DNA from: Spirochaetia bacterium
GTDB taxonomy: Bacteria; Spirochaetota; Spirochaetia; CADAEX01
Assembly (NCBI GenBank): GCA_045606105.1
Contig: JAZURI010000003.1
Coordinates: 64,001-128,000, forward strand
Reading direction: 5' to 3'
DNA: 64,000 nucleotides
Part shown: positions 19,142 to 28,590 of the stretch, piece by piece
How positions within the stretch are numbered: the first letter of the stretch is position 1
Layout of the letters: every line of letters starts with the position of its first letter
Made by a program: the position numbers and the translations under genes
The notes under the pieces: generated by a model
Told to the model about the DNA's origin: nothing
Databases searched by the model: none
What the model saw: the letters and a program-made list of their open reading frames with translations, nothing else

Positions 19142-20158
19142 ATGATAACCATTCGGAGAGGTATGATCAGGGAAGCAGGCTCGTTTTTAAGTTCCCTGCT
19201 GAAGGGGAGGAAAGCTCTTGTTGTTTCCGATGACAATGTGGCGCCCCTTTATTCGGGAGTCTTGATTTCGTCCCTGGAGCAGGCCGGCTATGAGGTGTCG
19301 CTTTATGTTTTTCCCCACGGAGAGGAGCATAAGAGCCTTAAGACAGTGGAGGAGATTCTTGAATCTGCGGGAAGAAGCAATTTTTCCAGAAGCGATTTCT
19401 TTGTTTCCCTGGGTGGGGGAATCTGCGGCGACATGACCGGTTTTGCCGCTGCCGTTTACCAGAGAGGAATAGATTATGTGCAGATTCCCACTACCTTGCT
19501 GGCAGCTGTGGATGCCTCTTCCGGCGGAAAAACCGGTGTGAATCTGGCCTCCGGAAAGAATCAGGCCGGTGCCTTTCATCTTCCCAAGGCGGTTATCTTT
19601 GATCCCGATACTCTGAAAACCCTTTCCGGATCCTGTATCAATGACGGCAAGGCAGAGATAATAAAGCACGGTATCCTGTCCGGAGGTGAGCTTTTTGAGC
19701 TTGTCGTAAAGGGCAGGATAATGGAGGATATAGAGCATGTGGTTGCCTTGAACGTGGCTGTGAAGGAGTCCTATGTGGAGCAGGATCTTCACGATAAAGG
19801 GGTCCGGCAGCTTCTTAATTTCGGGCATACAATAGGGCATGCAATAGAAAAATGCAGCAATTATACCATATCCCACGGTCAGGCTGTGGCAATGGGAATG
19901 GTGGCTGAAACACAGGCTTTTATCAAACTATACAATGAAAAGTCTATAATGTTAGATATTATTAAAAATATACTTTTAAAAAACAATATAAAATATGATA
20001 TCGGTTACAGTGCAGAGGAGCTGTATCAGGCAGCACTCCATGACAAGAAAACTGCTCTCGGACATATCAATATCATAGCTCCCGAGGCAGTGGGCCGATG
20101 TACTTTAAGGTCACTTCCCGCAGACCGTCTGAGGGAATATATCGAGGCAGGTCTATGA
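19142..20158 (+). CDS. aroB: 3-dehydroquinate synthase
   Basis: GEEHKS, GGGICGD, PTTLLAAVDASSGGKTGVN, LNFGHTIGHAIE. Confidence 0.96.
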   Translation: MITIRRGMIREAGSFLSSLLKGRKALVVSDDNVAPLYSGVLISSLEQAGYEVSLYVFPHGEEHKSLKTVEEILESAGRSNFSRSDFFVSLGGGICGDMTGFAAAVYQRGIDYVQIPTTLLAAVDASSGGKTGVNLASGKNQAGAFHLPKAVIFDPDTLKTLSGSCINDGKAEIIKHGILSGGELFELVVKGRIMEDIEHVVALNVAVKESYVEQDLHDKGVRQLLNFGHTIGHAIEKCSNYTISHGQAVAMGMVAETQAFIKLYNEKSIMLDIIKNILLKNNIKYDIGYSAEELYQAALHDKKTALGHINIIAPEAVGRCTLRSLPADRLREYIEAGL

Positions 20159-21405
20159 TGGATATTATCGTAAACCCGGCTCCTCTTTCAGGCCGGCTCC
20201 CTGCCCCCGATTCCAAGTCCGATATCCACAGGAAGCTTATCTGTGCCGCCCTCTGCGAAACAGAAACCTTTATCGGTACCGTTGATACCGGTTACTGTGA
20301 TGATGTCCTGGCTACCGTCGGTTGTCTCAGGGCTCTGGGTGCAGATATTGCTGTTGTTCCGGAAAAAGGGATGAGGGTTCTTCCGGTAAGGACTTCATCC
20401 TCCGTTCCTGTGTTGGACTGCCGGGAATGCGGCTCCACACTCAGGTTCCTGGTTCCGGTGGCGGCCGGGCTTTATGATGAGTGCCGTTTTACCGGTGCCG
20501 CTTCCCTGGCCGGCAGACCGCTGGCTCCTCTGCTGGAAGCCATGGCTTTTCACGGAAAGAGATACGATTCCTCCAGGCTTCCTCTGACCTTGAGCGGAAA
20601 GCTTGCATCCGGAGAATATGTTCTGCCGGGAAATATCAGCTCCCAGTTTATATCAGGGCTCCTTTTTACCCTGCCTTTCCTTGATGGGGACAGCAGCATA
20701 AGGCTTACTTCAGCATTGGAATCGGCAGAATATGCTGAAATGACAATCAGGGTCCTGAAGCAGTTCGGAATAGAAATCGGCCGCCTTGGACCGGTTGATG
20801 CTTCTGCCGGTTCAGCCGGGGACAGAGGTTTCATTGTCAGAGGGGGACAGAGGTTTGTCTCTCCGGGCAGTGTCAGAGCCGAAGGGGACTGGTCTTCATG
20901 TTCCTTTCTCAGCCCTTTCGGTGCCGTATATACAGGGCTTGATGAAAATTCACTGCAGCCGGACAGGGCTGTAATAAAATATATGAAAATGATGAAGCCG
21001 GGGACAGAGGTTGATGAGCTTCATATTGATGTTTCCCAGAATCCGGATCTGGTTCCCGTCCTTTCTGTCATGGCCTGTTCGGTCAGGGGTCGTGTGTTTC
21101 TGGAGAACGGGGCGCGGCTCAGGATTAAGGAGAGCGACAGGCTGACCTCCTGTGCCGCAATGCTCAGGAGTCTGGGAGGAAATGTTACCGAGCTGGCCGA
21201 TTCCCTTGTCATAGAGGGATGCGGTTCTCTGGAAGGGGGAACCGTGGATAGCTTCAACGATCACAGAATAGTCATGGCTGCATCAGCTGCAGCTGTTTTA
21301 TGCCGTACTCCCGTGACCATCAGGGGAGCAGAGGCTGTAAATAAATCCTATCCCGGTTTTTTCAGGGATTTTACCAGAGCAGGAGGTAGTTACAATGTCA
21401 TTTAA
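20155..21405 (+). CDS. aroA: 3-phosphoshikimate 1-carboxyvinyltransferase (EPSP synthase)
   Basis: PDSKS, ECGSTLRF, ISSQFISGLL, LRIKESDRL, DHRIVMA, KSYPGFF. Confidence 0.95.
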   Translation: MMDIIVNPAPLSGRLPAPDSKSDIHRKLICAALCETETFIGTVDTGYCDDVLATVGCLRALGADIAVVPEKGMRVLPVRTSSSVPVLDCRECGSTLRFLVPVAAGLYDECRFTGAASLAGRPLAPLLEAMAFHGKRYDSSRLPLTLSGKLASGEYVLPGNISSQFISGLLFTLPFLDGDSSIRLTSALESAEYAEMTIRVLKQFGIEIGRLGPVDASAGSAGDRGFIVRGGQRFVSPGSVRAEGDWSSCSFLSPFGAVYTGLDENSLQPDRAVIKYMKMMKPGTEVDELHIDVSQNPDLVPVLSVMACSVRGRVFLENGARLRIKESDRLTSCAAMLRSLGGNVTELADSLVIEGCGSLEGGTVDSFNDHRIVMAASAAAVLCRTPVTIRGAEAVNKSYPGFFRDFTRAGGSYNVI

Positions 21406-22486
21406 TTTCGGAAAGAATATACATTTTTCAGTTTTCGGTCAGTCCCATTCCAGGGCTATGGGGGTGGTTATCGATACCCTTCCTGCCGGTATTTCCGTTG
21501 ATATGGAAAAGGTGGAGGCCTTCATGGCCAGAAGAAGACCTGGTTCATGGCTTACTACAGCCAGGAAGGAGGAGGACAAGGCTGAAATCATTTCCGGTCT
21601 TGCAGAGGGAAAAACCTGCGGATCGCCCCTTTGTGCCGTTATTCAGAACAAGGATTGCCGTTCCTCCGATTATGACAAGCTGAAAAAGGTTCCCCGTCCC
21701 ATGCATGCCGATTATCCGGCCTTTGTGAAATACGACGGGTTCAATGATATTGCAGGCGGTGGCCACTTTTCCGGCCGTCTTACCGCTCCGCTCTGCTTTG
21801 CAGGGGCTCTCTGCATGCAGCTTCTTGAGGAAAAGGGAATTTATATCGGAGCCCATCTTGCATCTGTAGGGGACGGGGCCGACTCCTATTTCGATCCTGT
21901 CAATACCGATGCCGGAATACTGAAGAAGCTGAAGGAGGCTGAATTTCCGGTTCTGGATGAGCAGGCCGGCGAGGTGATGAAGCAGCAGATTTCCGTGGTG
22001 AAGGCAGCGGCCGACTCCATAGGTGGTGTTGTTGAATGCTGTATTATCGGTCTGCCGGCCGGTGTGGGGGAAAGCGGCTTCGATTCCATGGAAAGCAATC
22101 TGGCAAAGATCCTTTTTGCCGTTCCTGCCGTAAAAGGGGTGGAGTTCGGATGCGGATTTGCCGCTGCCGGAATGAGGGGAAGCGAGCATAACGATCCTTA
22201 CTGCATGGACAAGGATGGCAATGTCAGAACCAGAAGCAACAATCACGGCGGTATCCTGGGCGGCCTTTCCACCGGCATGCCTGTAATATTCCGTGTCGCC
22301 TTCAAGCCGACCCCATCCATCGGTCTGGCCCAGGAGAGCGTTAACCTTGATGAAAAATCCAATACAGTGCTTCAGATTGAGGGCAGACACGATCCTTGCG
22401 TGGCTGTCAGGGCTGTTCCCTGTGTAGAGGCAGCGGCCGCCCTTGTTATCTATGATTACCTTGCCGGCAGCAAAGGAGGCTTGTGA
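21395..22486 (+). CDS. aroC: Chorismate synthase
   Basis: FGQSH, PRPMHAD, GGGHFSGR, GGILGGLS, FKPTPSI, GRHDPC. Confidence 0.97.
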   Translation: MSFNFGKNIHFSVFGQSHSRAMGVVIDTLPAGISVDMEKVEAFMARRRPGSWLTTARKEEDKAEIISGLAEGKTCGSPLCAVIQNKDCRSSDYDKLKKVPRPMHADYPAFVKYDGFNDIAGGGHFSGRLTAPLCFAGALCMQLLEEKGIYIGAHLASVGDGADSYFDPVNTDAGILKKLKEAEFPVLDEQAGEVMKQQISVVKAAADSIGGVVECCIIGLPAGVGESGFDSMESNLAKILFAVPAVKGVEFGCGFAAAGMRGSEHNDPYCMDKDGNVRTRSNNHGGILGGLSTGMPVIFRVAFKPTPSIGLAQESVNLDEKSNTVLQIEGRHDPCVAVRAVPCVEAAAALVIYDYLAGSKGGL

Positions 22487-23706
22487 TGTATGCCCTTATA
22501 GGAGAAAAGCTGGGACACAGCTACTCACCTCTGATCCATTCCTTTTTCGGAATCCATGACTACAGGCTTGTTTCCATGCCTCCCTCTGAACTGGAAGCTT
22601 TCTTTGAGAAAAGGAAATTCAAGGGAATAAATGTTACCATTCCCTACAAGAAATCGGTAATCCCTTATCTTGATGAAATATCCCCGGAGGCTGAAAAGAT
22701 AGGGAGCATCAATACCATCGTCAACAGGGACGGCAGGCTTGTGGGATACAATACCGATTATTTCGGATTTCTTTATACAGCCGATAATGCAGGGATAGAG
22801 CTGAGGGGAAAAAACATACTGATACTGGGAAGCGGCGGTGCCTGTGCGGCAGTGAAGGCAGCCTGCGGGGACAGAGGTGCAGCCTCCGTAACCGTGGCCT
22901 CCAGGACAGGGGAAACCAATTACGGAAATATCTACCAGCTTGAAAATACCCAGGTCATCATCAATACCACTCCTGTGGGAATGTACCCCAATAACGGTGA
23001 CAGACTTGTAGATCCCGGCCGTTTTCCGGCCTGCGAAGGGGTTATTGACCTTATATACAATCCTCTTTATACCGGACTGCTCCTGGATGCCCGGAAGCTG
23101 GGGATAAAAACTGCCAACGGTTTTCCCATGCTGGTGGCTCAGGCAAAATATGCTTCTGACATCTTCAAAGGGATAAAAAGGGAGGATTCCATCATAGAGG
23201 AGGCCCTGAAAAAGGCTCTTTCTGTGGTTTCCAACCTGGTTCTGGTAGGGATGCCGGGCTGCGGAAAGAGTACGGTGGGAAGAAGCCTTTCTGCCATGCT
23301 GAACCGGAAGGTCCTGGATACCGATGCCATTATAGAGAAGAAGACAGGACATTCCATTCCGTGGATATTTGACAAGGAGGGTGAAAGTTCCTTCAGGGAG
23401 ACAGAACGGGCTGTCATTGAATCGGTGGGGAAGGAGAAAGGGTATATCATCTCCACAGGGGGAGGCTCTGTTCTGGACGAAAAGAATGTGGATGCCCTGA
23501 GACAGAACGGTATTGTGGTATTTCTGGAAAGGGACCTGAAGAGGCTGGCCATAAAAGGGCGTCCTTTATCCAAAAGCGGCAAGCTTGATGAAATGTATGC
23601 CGCAAGGTTACCATTCTACAAAAAGGCAAGTGACATCATCGTGAAGAACAATTATCAGGCTGATGATACTGCCTACAATATTCTGAAGGAGCTGGGATGG
23701 CTATGA
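22486..23706 (+). CDS. aroE: Shikimate dehydrogenase-shikimate kinase fusion (AroE-AroK)
   Basis: N-part HSYSP, NVTIPYK, NTD, GSGGA; C-part GMPGCGKST, FRETE, STGGG. Confidence 0.93.
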   Translation: MYALIGEKLGHSYSPLIHSFFGIHDYRLVSMPPSELEAFFEKRKFKGINVTIPYKKSVIPYLDEISPEAEKIGSINTIVNRDGRLVGYNTDYFGFLYTADNAGIELRGKNILILGSGGACAAVKAACGDRGAASVTVASRTGETNYGNIYQLENTQVIINTTPVGMYPNNGDRLVDPGRFPACEGVIDLIYNPLYTGLLLDARKLGIKTANGFPMLVAQAKYASDIFKGIKREDSIIEEALKKALSVVSNLVLVGMPGCGKSTVGRSLSAMLNRKVLDTDAIIEKKTGHSIPWIFDKEGESSFRETERAVIESVGKEKGYIISTGGGSVLDEKNVDALRQNGIVVFLERDLKRLAIKGRPLSKSGKLDEMYAARLPFYKKASDIIVKNNYQADDTAYNILKELGWL

Positions 23707-24131
23707 AGAAGATACTTGTGATAAACGGCCCCAATCTCAACATGCTGGGGATAAGAGAGCCTGAAATTTACGGAAGAACCACATACGGAGAGCTGGTCTC
23801 CATGCTGGAGAGCTGGGGTAAGGAGCTGGGGACAGAGGTGAAGACCTTCCAGAGCAACCACGAAGGGGCCATCATCGATGAAATCCAGGCTGCATACAGG
23901 GTTTACGACGGCATAGTCATCAATCCGGGAGGATATACCCATACCAGCGTGGCTATTCCCGATGCCATCAGGGCTGTGGGGATTCCTGCCGTGGAGGTCC
24001 ATATTTCCGATGTGGATTCCCGTGAGGAATACAGGAAAATATCCTATGTTTCCGGAGCCTGCATAGCTGTCATAAAAGGAAAAGGGCTTCCCGGTTACAG
24101 GGAAGCCCTTCAGATACTGTCCGACAGATAA
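23703..24131 (+). CDS. aroQ: Type II 3-dehydroquinate dehydratase
   Basis: NGPNLNMLGIREPEIYG, QSNHEG, NPGGYTHTS, EVHIS. Confidence 0.97.
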   Translation: MKKILVINGPNLNMLGIREPEIYGRTTYGELVSMLESWGKELGTEVKTFQSNHEGAIIDEIQAAYRVYDGIVINPGGYTHTSVAIPDAIRAVGIPAVEVHISDVDSREEYRKISYVSGACIAVIKGKGLPGYREALQILSDR

Positions 24132-24136
24132 TTCTC

Positions 24137-25468
24137 TTACATTGTGCCGGTGGCATTCTGCCAGTCGAAGTAGGCACAGAGATAATTGTAAACCGATGAG
24201 ATATGGTTCAGCTCAGCCGATTCCAGGGATATTCTTGTATCCTTCAGCTCCAGCTGGGTCATTACACCGTTCTCAAAGGAGGTTTCCGCAATGTCGTATG
24301 CCTGCTTTGCTGTAGTCAGTGTGGTTTCGGCCAGTGCGATACTCTCGAATTCCTTCTGGAGTGTCAGGTAAATCTGCCTGAGCTCAGTAATGATATCCTC
24401 TCTTTTCTGCTGAAGCTTGATTTCGGTCTGTTCAGCCTCCAGCTTCACCTGTCTGTCCTGGGCTGTAAGGGCTCCTCCTGAAAAGATCGGAAGTGATACG
24501 GTAAGTCCTACGGAGAAGACATCCCTGTCATTTTCGCTGAAGGCTTTTCCGATATCGTTGTCAGATGCCGAATAACCGTAGGATGCATCCAGGGATACAG
24601 TAGGGTAGTGATTTGCCCTGTTGGCTTTTATATTCAGCTCTCTCAGCCTTTTTTCACCCAGCAGTGCCTTGTAGTCGGCTCTTTCTGCCAGAACCTCACC
24701 GAAGGAAATCTGGTTAGGCATATCGGGATAAACCGTAAAATCGCCTGAAATCCTTACATCCTCCTCCTGAGGGATTCCTGCCAGGTTTTTCAGGTTGATA
24801 AGACAGATCTCCTTGTTCATCTTGGCATTGGTTGTTTCAGGAACCGCCATTTTCCAGTCTACCTCCGCATTGAGGAAGGCCAGCTTGGAGACAATTCCTG
24901 TCTCATATTTCTTCTTCATGAGTTCATAATGCTCAAAGGCCCTTTTTTCGGTCTCCTTCTTGATGTTATAGAGCATTTCCAGAAGATAGCACTGGAAGAA
25001 AACCTTTTTTGCCGCTGTGATTATGGCATCGTTCTGGGCTTCGTACACCGATTTTGACATGCTCTTGTATTCCTTGCTGGCCTTGATGGCATTCAGGACA
25101 TTGAGGTTGAAAATTTCCTGTGAAAGACCGAGCCCGAAGCTGAAGTCGTAATCCTTGTTCACATCCACATCGGCATAGTTGAAGTTTCCGGTAGTCTTGT
25201 CTGCGGAAACCGCTGTCATCTGCTCCACATCTATGAAGTTCCTTGTTAAGGAAGAACTGAGCCCGATGGATGGAAGTGCCTGTGACCTGGCCAGCTTCAC
25301 CTGTTCATCAGAGGTTTTGAGCTGTGATGCTGCCAGCATGAGATCCTTGTTGTTCTTTTCCACCATGGAAAGGTAATCCTCCATGGTATATTCCTTTGAA
25401 AAGGCCGGAGCCGCAGCCAGAAGCATGACTCCGATCAAAAATATTGTTAATGTTCTACTGAATTTCAT
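24137..25468 (-). CDS. TolC-family outer membrane efflux protein
   Basis: Signal peptide; duplicated OEP repeats (LPSIGL / YPTVSL, VSLPIFSGG). Confidence 0.92.
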   Translation of the reverse strand: MKFSRTLTIFLIGVMLLAAAPAFSKEYTMEDYLSMVEKNNKDLMLAASQLKTSDEQVKLARSQALPSIGLSSSLTRNFIDVEQMTAVSADKTTGNFNYADVDVNKDYDFSFGLGLSQEIFNLNVLNAIKASKEYKSMSKSVYEAQNDAIITAAKKVFFQCYLLEMLYNIKKETEKRAFEHYELMKKKYETGIVSKLAFLNAEVDWKMAVPETTNAKMNKEICLINLKNLAGIPQEEDVRISGDFTVYPDMPNQISFGEVLAERADYKALLGEKRLRELNIKANRANHYPTVSLDASYGYSASDNDIGKAFSENDRDVFSVGLTVSLPIFSGGALTAQDRQVKLEAEQTEIKLQQKREDIITELRQIYLTLQKEFESIALAETTLTTAKQAYDIAETSFENGVMTQLELKDTRISLESAELNHISSVYNYLCAYFDWQNATGTM

Positions 25469-28400
25469 TAGCTTTCAGCTCCTGTAATTAATGCCTGTTT
25501 CTTTTCCTTTTTCTCCTTTCTGCCTGAAAAAAGGAACTGGGATGCCGGGATGATATAAAGGGTCAGTACTGTTGAAACCAACAGACCTCCTACACTTACC
25601 AGACCCATCGGCTGTCTCATTTCCACCCCCTGTGCACCGATACCGATGGCCATAGGAAGAAGACCAAGGATAGTGGCGATGTTTGACATGAGGATAGCCT
25701 TCAGCTTTGTAGGACAGGCCTCGATAAGGGCATCCTTCATGGACATTCCCTGCTCACGCCTCAGCTGGTTGGTGTAGTCCAGGATAAGGATAGCGTTGTT
25801 TACTACCATACCTACAAGCATGATGATAGCCATCATACCGATAAAGTTCATCTTGATTCCGGTCAGGAGGAAGATGGCGACAACACCGATCATGGCCAGC
25901 GGAACCGTGGAAAGGATAAGCACCGGCTGCCAGAGGTTTTCCAGGATTGCTGCCAGAAGCATGTATGTCAGTACTATGGCAATGATGAATACCAGGGCCA
26001 TCTGCTGCATGGTCTTGGTCATCTCTTCCGCATTTCCGGCCGGCTGGTACATGTATCCGTAAGGGAAGTCTATTTCTCCGATAATATTCTCTATTTCCGC
26101 AAGGATGGTACTCTGGGCATGACCCGGTGCCACATCGGCGGTAAACTCGATTACCTTTTCCCTGTCGGATCTGGTGATCTTGTTGAAGCCTTCGGTATAC
26201 TTGATATCTGCAAAATGGGAAACAGGGAATATTCCTTTCGGTGTGGAAACCATTACATTCCTGATATCCTCATAGCTCTTGATGTTTTCATCAACAAGGA
26301 TAACCTTGATGTCATATTCCTCTCCGCCGTCCTTGAACTGTGTCATGTCCATACCGTCCAGGGCAGTTCTCAGGGTTACGGCAATTTCCTGTACAGATGT
26401 TCCTGTATCGGAAATCTTTTTAAGGTCAGGAGTTATGGTAATTTCAGGTGCTCCGGACTTGCTGGTGGTGTTAAGGTTCATTACACCCGGAATCCTTTCA
26501 ATGAGAGGATAGATCTCATTCTTGTATTCATCCAGCTTATGCATGTCAGGTCCCTTGAGATAGAAGTCGATAGGGGCGCTGCTTGGTCCGTTGGCTGCAG
26601 ATGCAGCTCTGATTACCGCACCCGGAAGGTCTGAAAGGTCCTTGGTTATCATACCTGCTATCTGTGTTGTGGTATAAGGTCTATCTGCCTTAGGCACCAG
26701 GGTAAGGGTAACCTTGGCCACGTTTACACCTGTATCGATGATAGAGAGTCTTCCGATGGTGGTTGTTCCCTGCTCGATATAATCGGTATATTTCTTAAGC
26801 CTGTTTTCTACTATCTTTGTGAATTCTGTGGTAGACTCAAGGTCATTTCCCTTGGCCAGCTCCATTTCAATTTCGATTTTTCCCTGGTCCATGTCAGGCA
26901 TGAACTCAAACGGAATATATTTGAAAAGGTACATTGATGCAACAAACAGCACGAAGGAGGCTCCCACTACCATGAGACATCTGAGCTTTGTTCCGAGAAT
27001 GGCGGAAACAGTCTTCTTGTAGGCTCTTTCCCAGGATTTGAACATGGCTTCCAGCTTATCTCCGATAACATGCTTCTTGTTGTCCTTTTCAGGAATGATG
27101 TAGGCTGCCAGCATAGGGGTAAGGGTAAAGGCAATGAAAAGAGAGAACAGTGTTGCAAAAACTACAGCCAGGGCAAACTCTGCCAGGAACTGACCGATGA
27201 TACTGTTCATGGTACCCAGCGGAAGGAATACCGCAACGTTGGTAAGGGCTGATGCCAGAACTGCCACCGCAATCTCTGTTGTACCCTTGGAAGCGGCTTT
27301 CTTGCTGGATTCCCCGTTTTCCTTGTGTCTGAAAATGTTTTCCAGGATAACTACGGAGTTCATTACCAATACACCTACGGCAGTGGAAAGTCCCATGAGT
27401 GACATTACATTGAGGGAATATCCCATTATCTGCATTGTAATGAAGGTCGGAATGATGGAAATAGGCATTGTAACCGCTACAATGATGGTAGACCTGAAGG
27501 AGTGGAGGAAGAACAGGAGAATGGCTGCTGTAAACAGGATACCAAGGATGATGTTTGACATGGTATCATCAATGGAGTTCTGTGTTACGGAAGCTTCCTC
27601 TGCTGTAATGTAAAGGTTTACACCTGCAGGAAGCTCGCTGCTGATGTCCCTGATTACCTTTTCAATTCCTTTATAGATTTCTACAGCGTTTCCTTCCGAT
27701 GTCTTGGTGATTTCGAAAAGGATGGCGTTGTCGTTTCTGATGTCTTCCTTCAGGTTGAAATAGATAGTCCTCTCCCTGGCCTTTTCATGGGAGTCGGTAA
27801 CAGTGGCCACATCCTTTATTTTCTTGTAGCCCTTGCCTGTAGGGATTTCAAGCTCTCCCACAGCCTCTATGGTTTCGAATTCACCGTCAAACTTTACGGA
27901 AAACTCCTGTCCCTTGTCCTGGAAGGTTCCGGTAGGAAGGTTGATGTTTGAAGCAGCCAGTACATTGTTTACCTGCACCAGGGAAATCTGGTTCTGGAAA
28001 ACAACCTTGTTGTCAAATTCCACATGGATCTCTCTTTCGAGACCTCCTGTAAGGGTGGTTTCACCTACACCGTTTACCTGTGAGAAAAGGTTCTTTATTT
28101 TCTTGTCGGCCAGGTCATAAAGCTCTGTCATGGAGATCTGGCTGCTGTCTCCTGCCAGAAGTACATTCATGATCGGCTGTTCGTTGATGTTGATCTTGAT
28201 GATTTCCGGTGCATCGGCTCCGTCGGGAAGATCTCCCAGGATGTTGTCTACCTTGTTGGTGGTTTCCTGGACCGCCGTGTCCTGGTCTTTTCCCATCTCA
28301 AATTTCAGCAGTATCAGCGCCACGTTTTCAAGGGAGTAGGAGGTTATCTCATCCAGTCCGCTGATCATGGATACCGCATCCTCGATTTTCTTGGTTACCT

Positions 28401-28584
28401 GGGATTCAATCAGGTCAGGGGAGGCACCTGTGTACTGTACCTGAACTACTACATAAGGAAGATCGACAGATGGTGTGATGTTTGTAGGAAGGGTGGTGTA
28501 TGCCAGTCCTCCGAACAGAATAAGGCCTATGATGACCATAGACATGAGAACAGGCCTTTTTATAGATAATTCAGCAATATTCAT
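25468..28584 (-). CDS. RND (AcrB/AcrD/AcrF family) permease with non-canonical proton-relay residues
   Basis: 1038 aa; SIKRPV start, TLTPML, PMAIG and other HAE1-like TM pattern; TM4 GVLVMNSVVILEN. Confidence 0.95.
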   Translation of the reverse strand: MNIAELSIKRPVLMSMVIIGLILFGGLAYTTLPTNITPSVDLPYVVVQVQYTGASPDLIESQVTKKIEDAVSMISGLDEITSYSLENVALILLKFEMGKDQDTAVQETTNKVDNILGDLPDGADAPEIIKININEQPIMNVLLAGDSSQISMTELYDLADKKIKNLFSQVNGVGETTLTGGLEREIHVEFDNKVVFQNQISLVQVNNVLAASNINLPTGTFQDKGQEFSVKFDGEFETIEAVGELEIPTGKGYKKIKDVATVTDSHEKARERTIYFNLKEDIRNDNAILFEITKTSEGNAVEIYKGIEKVIRDISSELPAGVNLYITAEEASVTQNSIDDTMSNIILGILFTAAILLFFLHSFRSTIIVAVTMPISIIPTFITMQIMGYSLNVMSLMGLSTAVGVLVMNSVVILENIFRHKENGESSKKAASKGTTEIAVAVLASALTNVAVFLPLGTMNSIIGQFLAEFALAVVFATLFSLFIAFTLTPMLAAYIIPEKDNKKHVIGDKLEAMFKSWERAYKKTVSAILGTKLRCLMVVGASFVLFVASMYLFKYIPFEFMPDMDQGKIEIEMELAKGNDLESTTEFTKIVENRLKKYTDYIEQGTTTIGRLSIIDTGVNVAKVTLTLVPKADRPYTTTQIAGMITKDLSDLPGAVIRAASAANGPSSAPIDFYLKGPDMHKLDEYKNEIYPLIERIPGVMNLNTTSKSGAPEITITPDLKKISDTGTSVQEIAVTLRTALDGMDMTQFKDGGEEYDIKVILVDENIKSYEDIRNVMVSTPKGIFPVSHFADIKYTEGFNKITRSDREKVIEFTADVAPGHAQSTILAEIENIIGEIDFPYGYMYQPAGNAEEMTKTMQQMALVFIIAIVLTYMLLAAILENLWQPVLILSTVPLAMIGVVAIFLLTGIKMNFIGMMAIIMLVGMVVNNAILILDYTNQLRREQGMSMKDALIEACPTKLKAILMSNIATILGLLPMAIGIGAQGVEMRQPMGLVSVGGLLVSTVLTLYIIPASQFLFSGRKEKKEKKQALITGAES

Positions 28585-28590
28585 GATATA

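Noticed and set aside
22486-23706. AroE-AroK fusion as a novelty
   Set aside because: Such fusions are already known in anaerobic gut bacteria.
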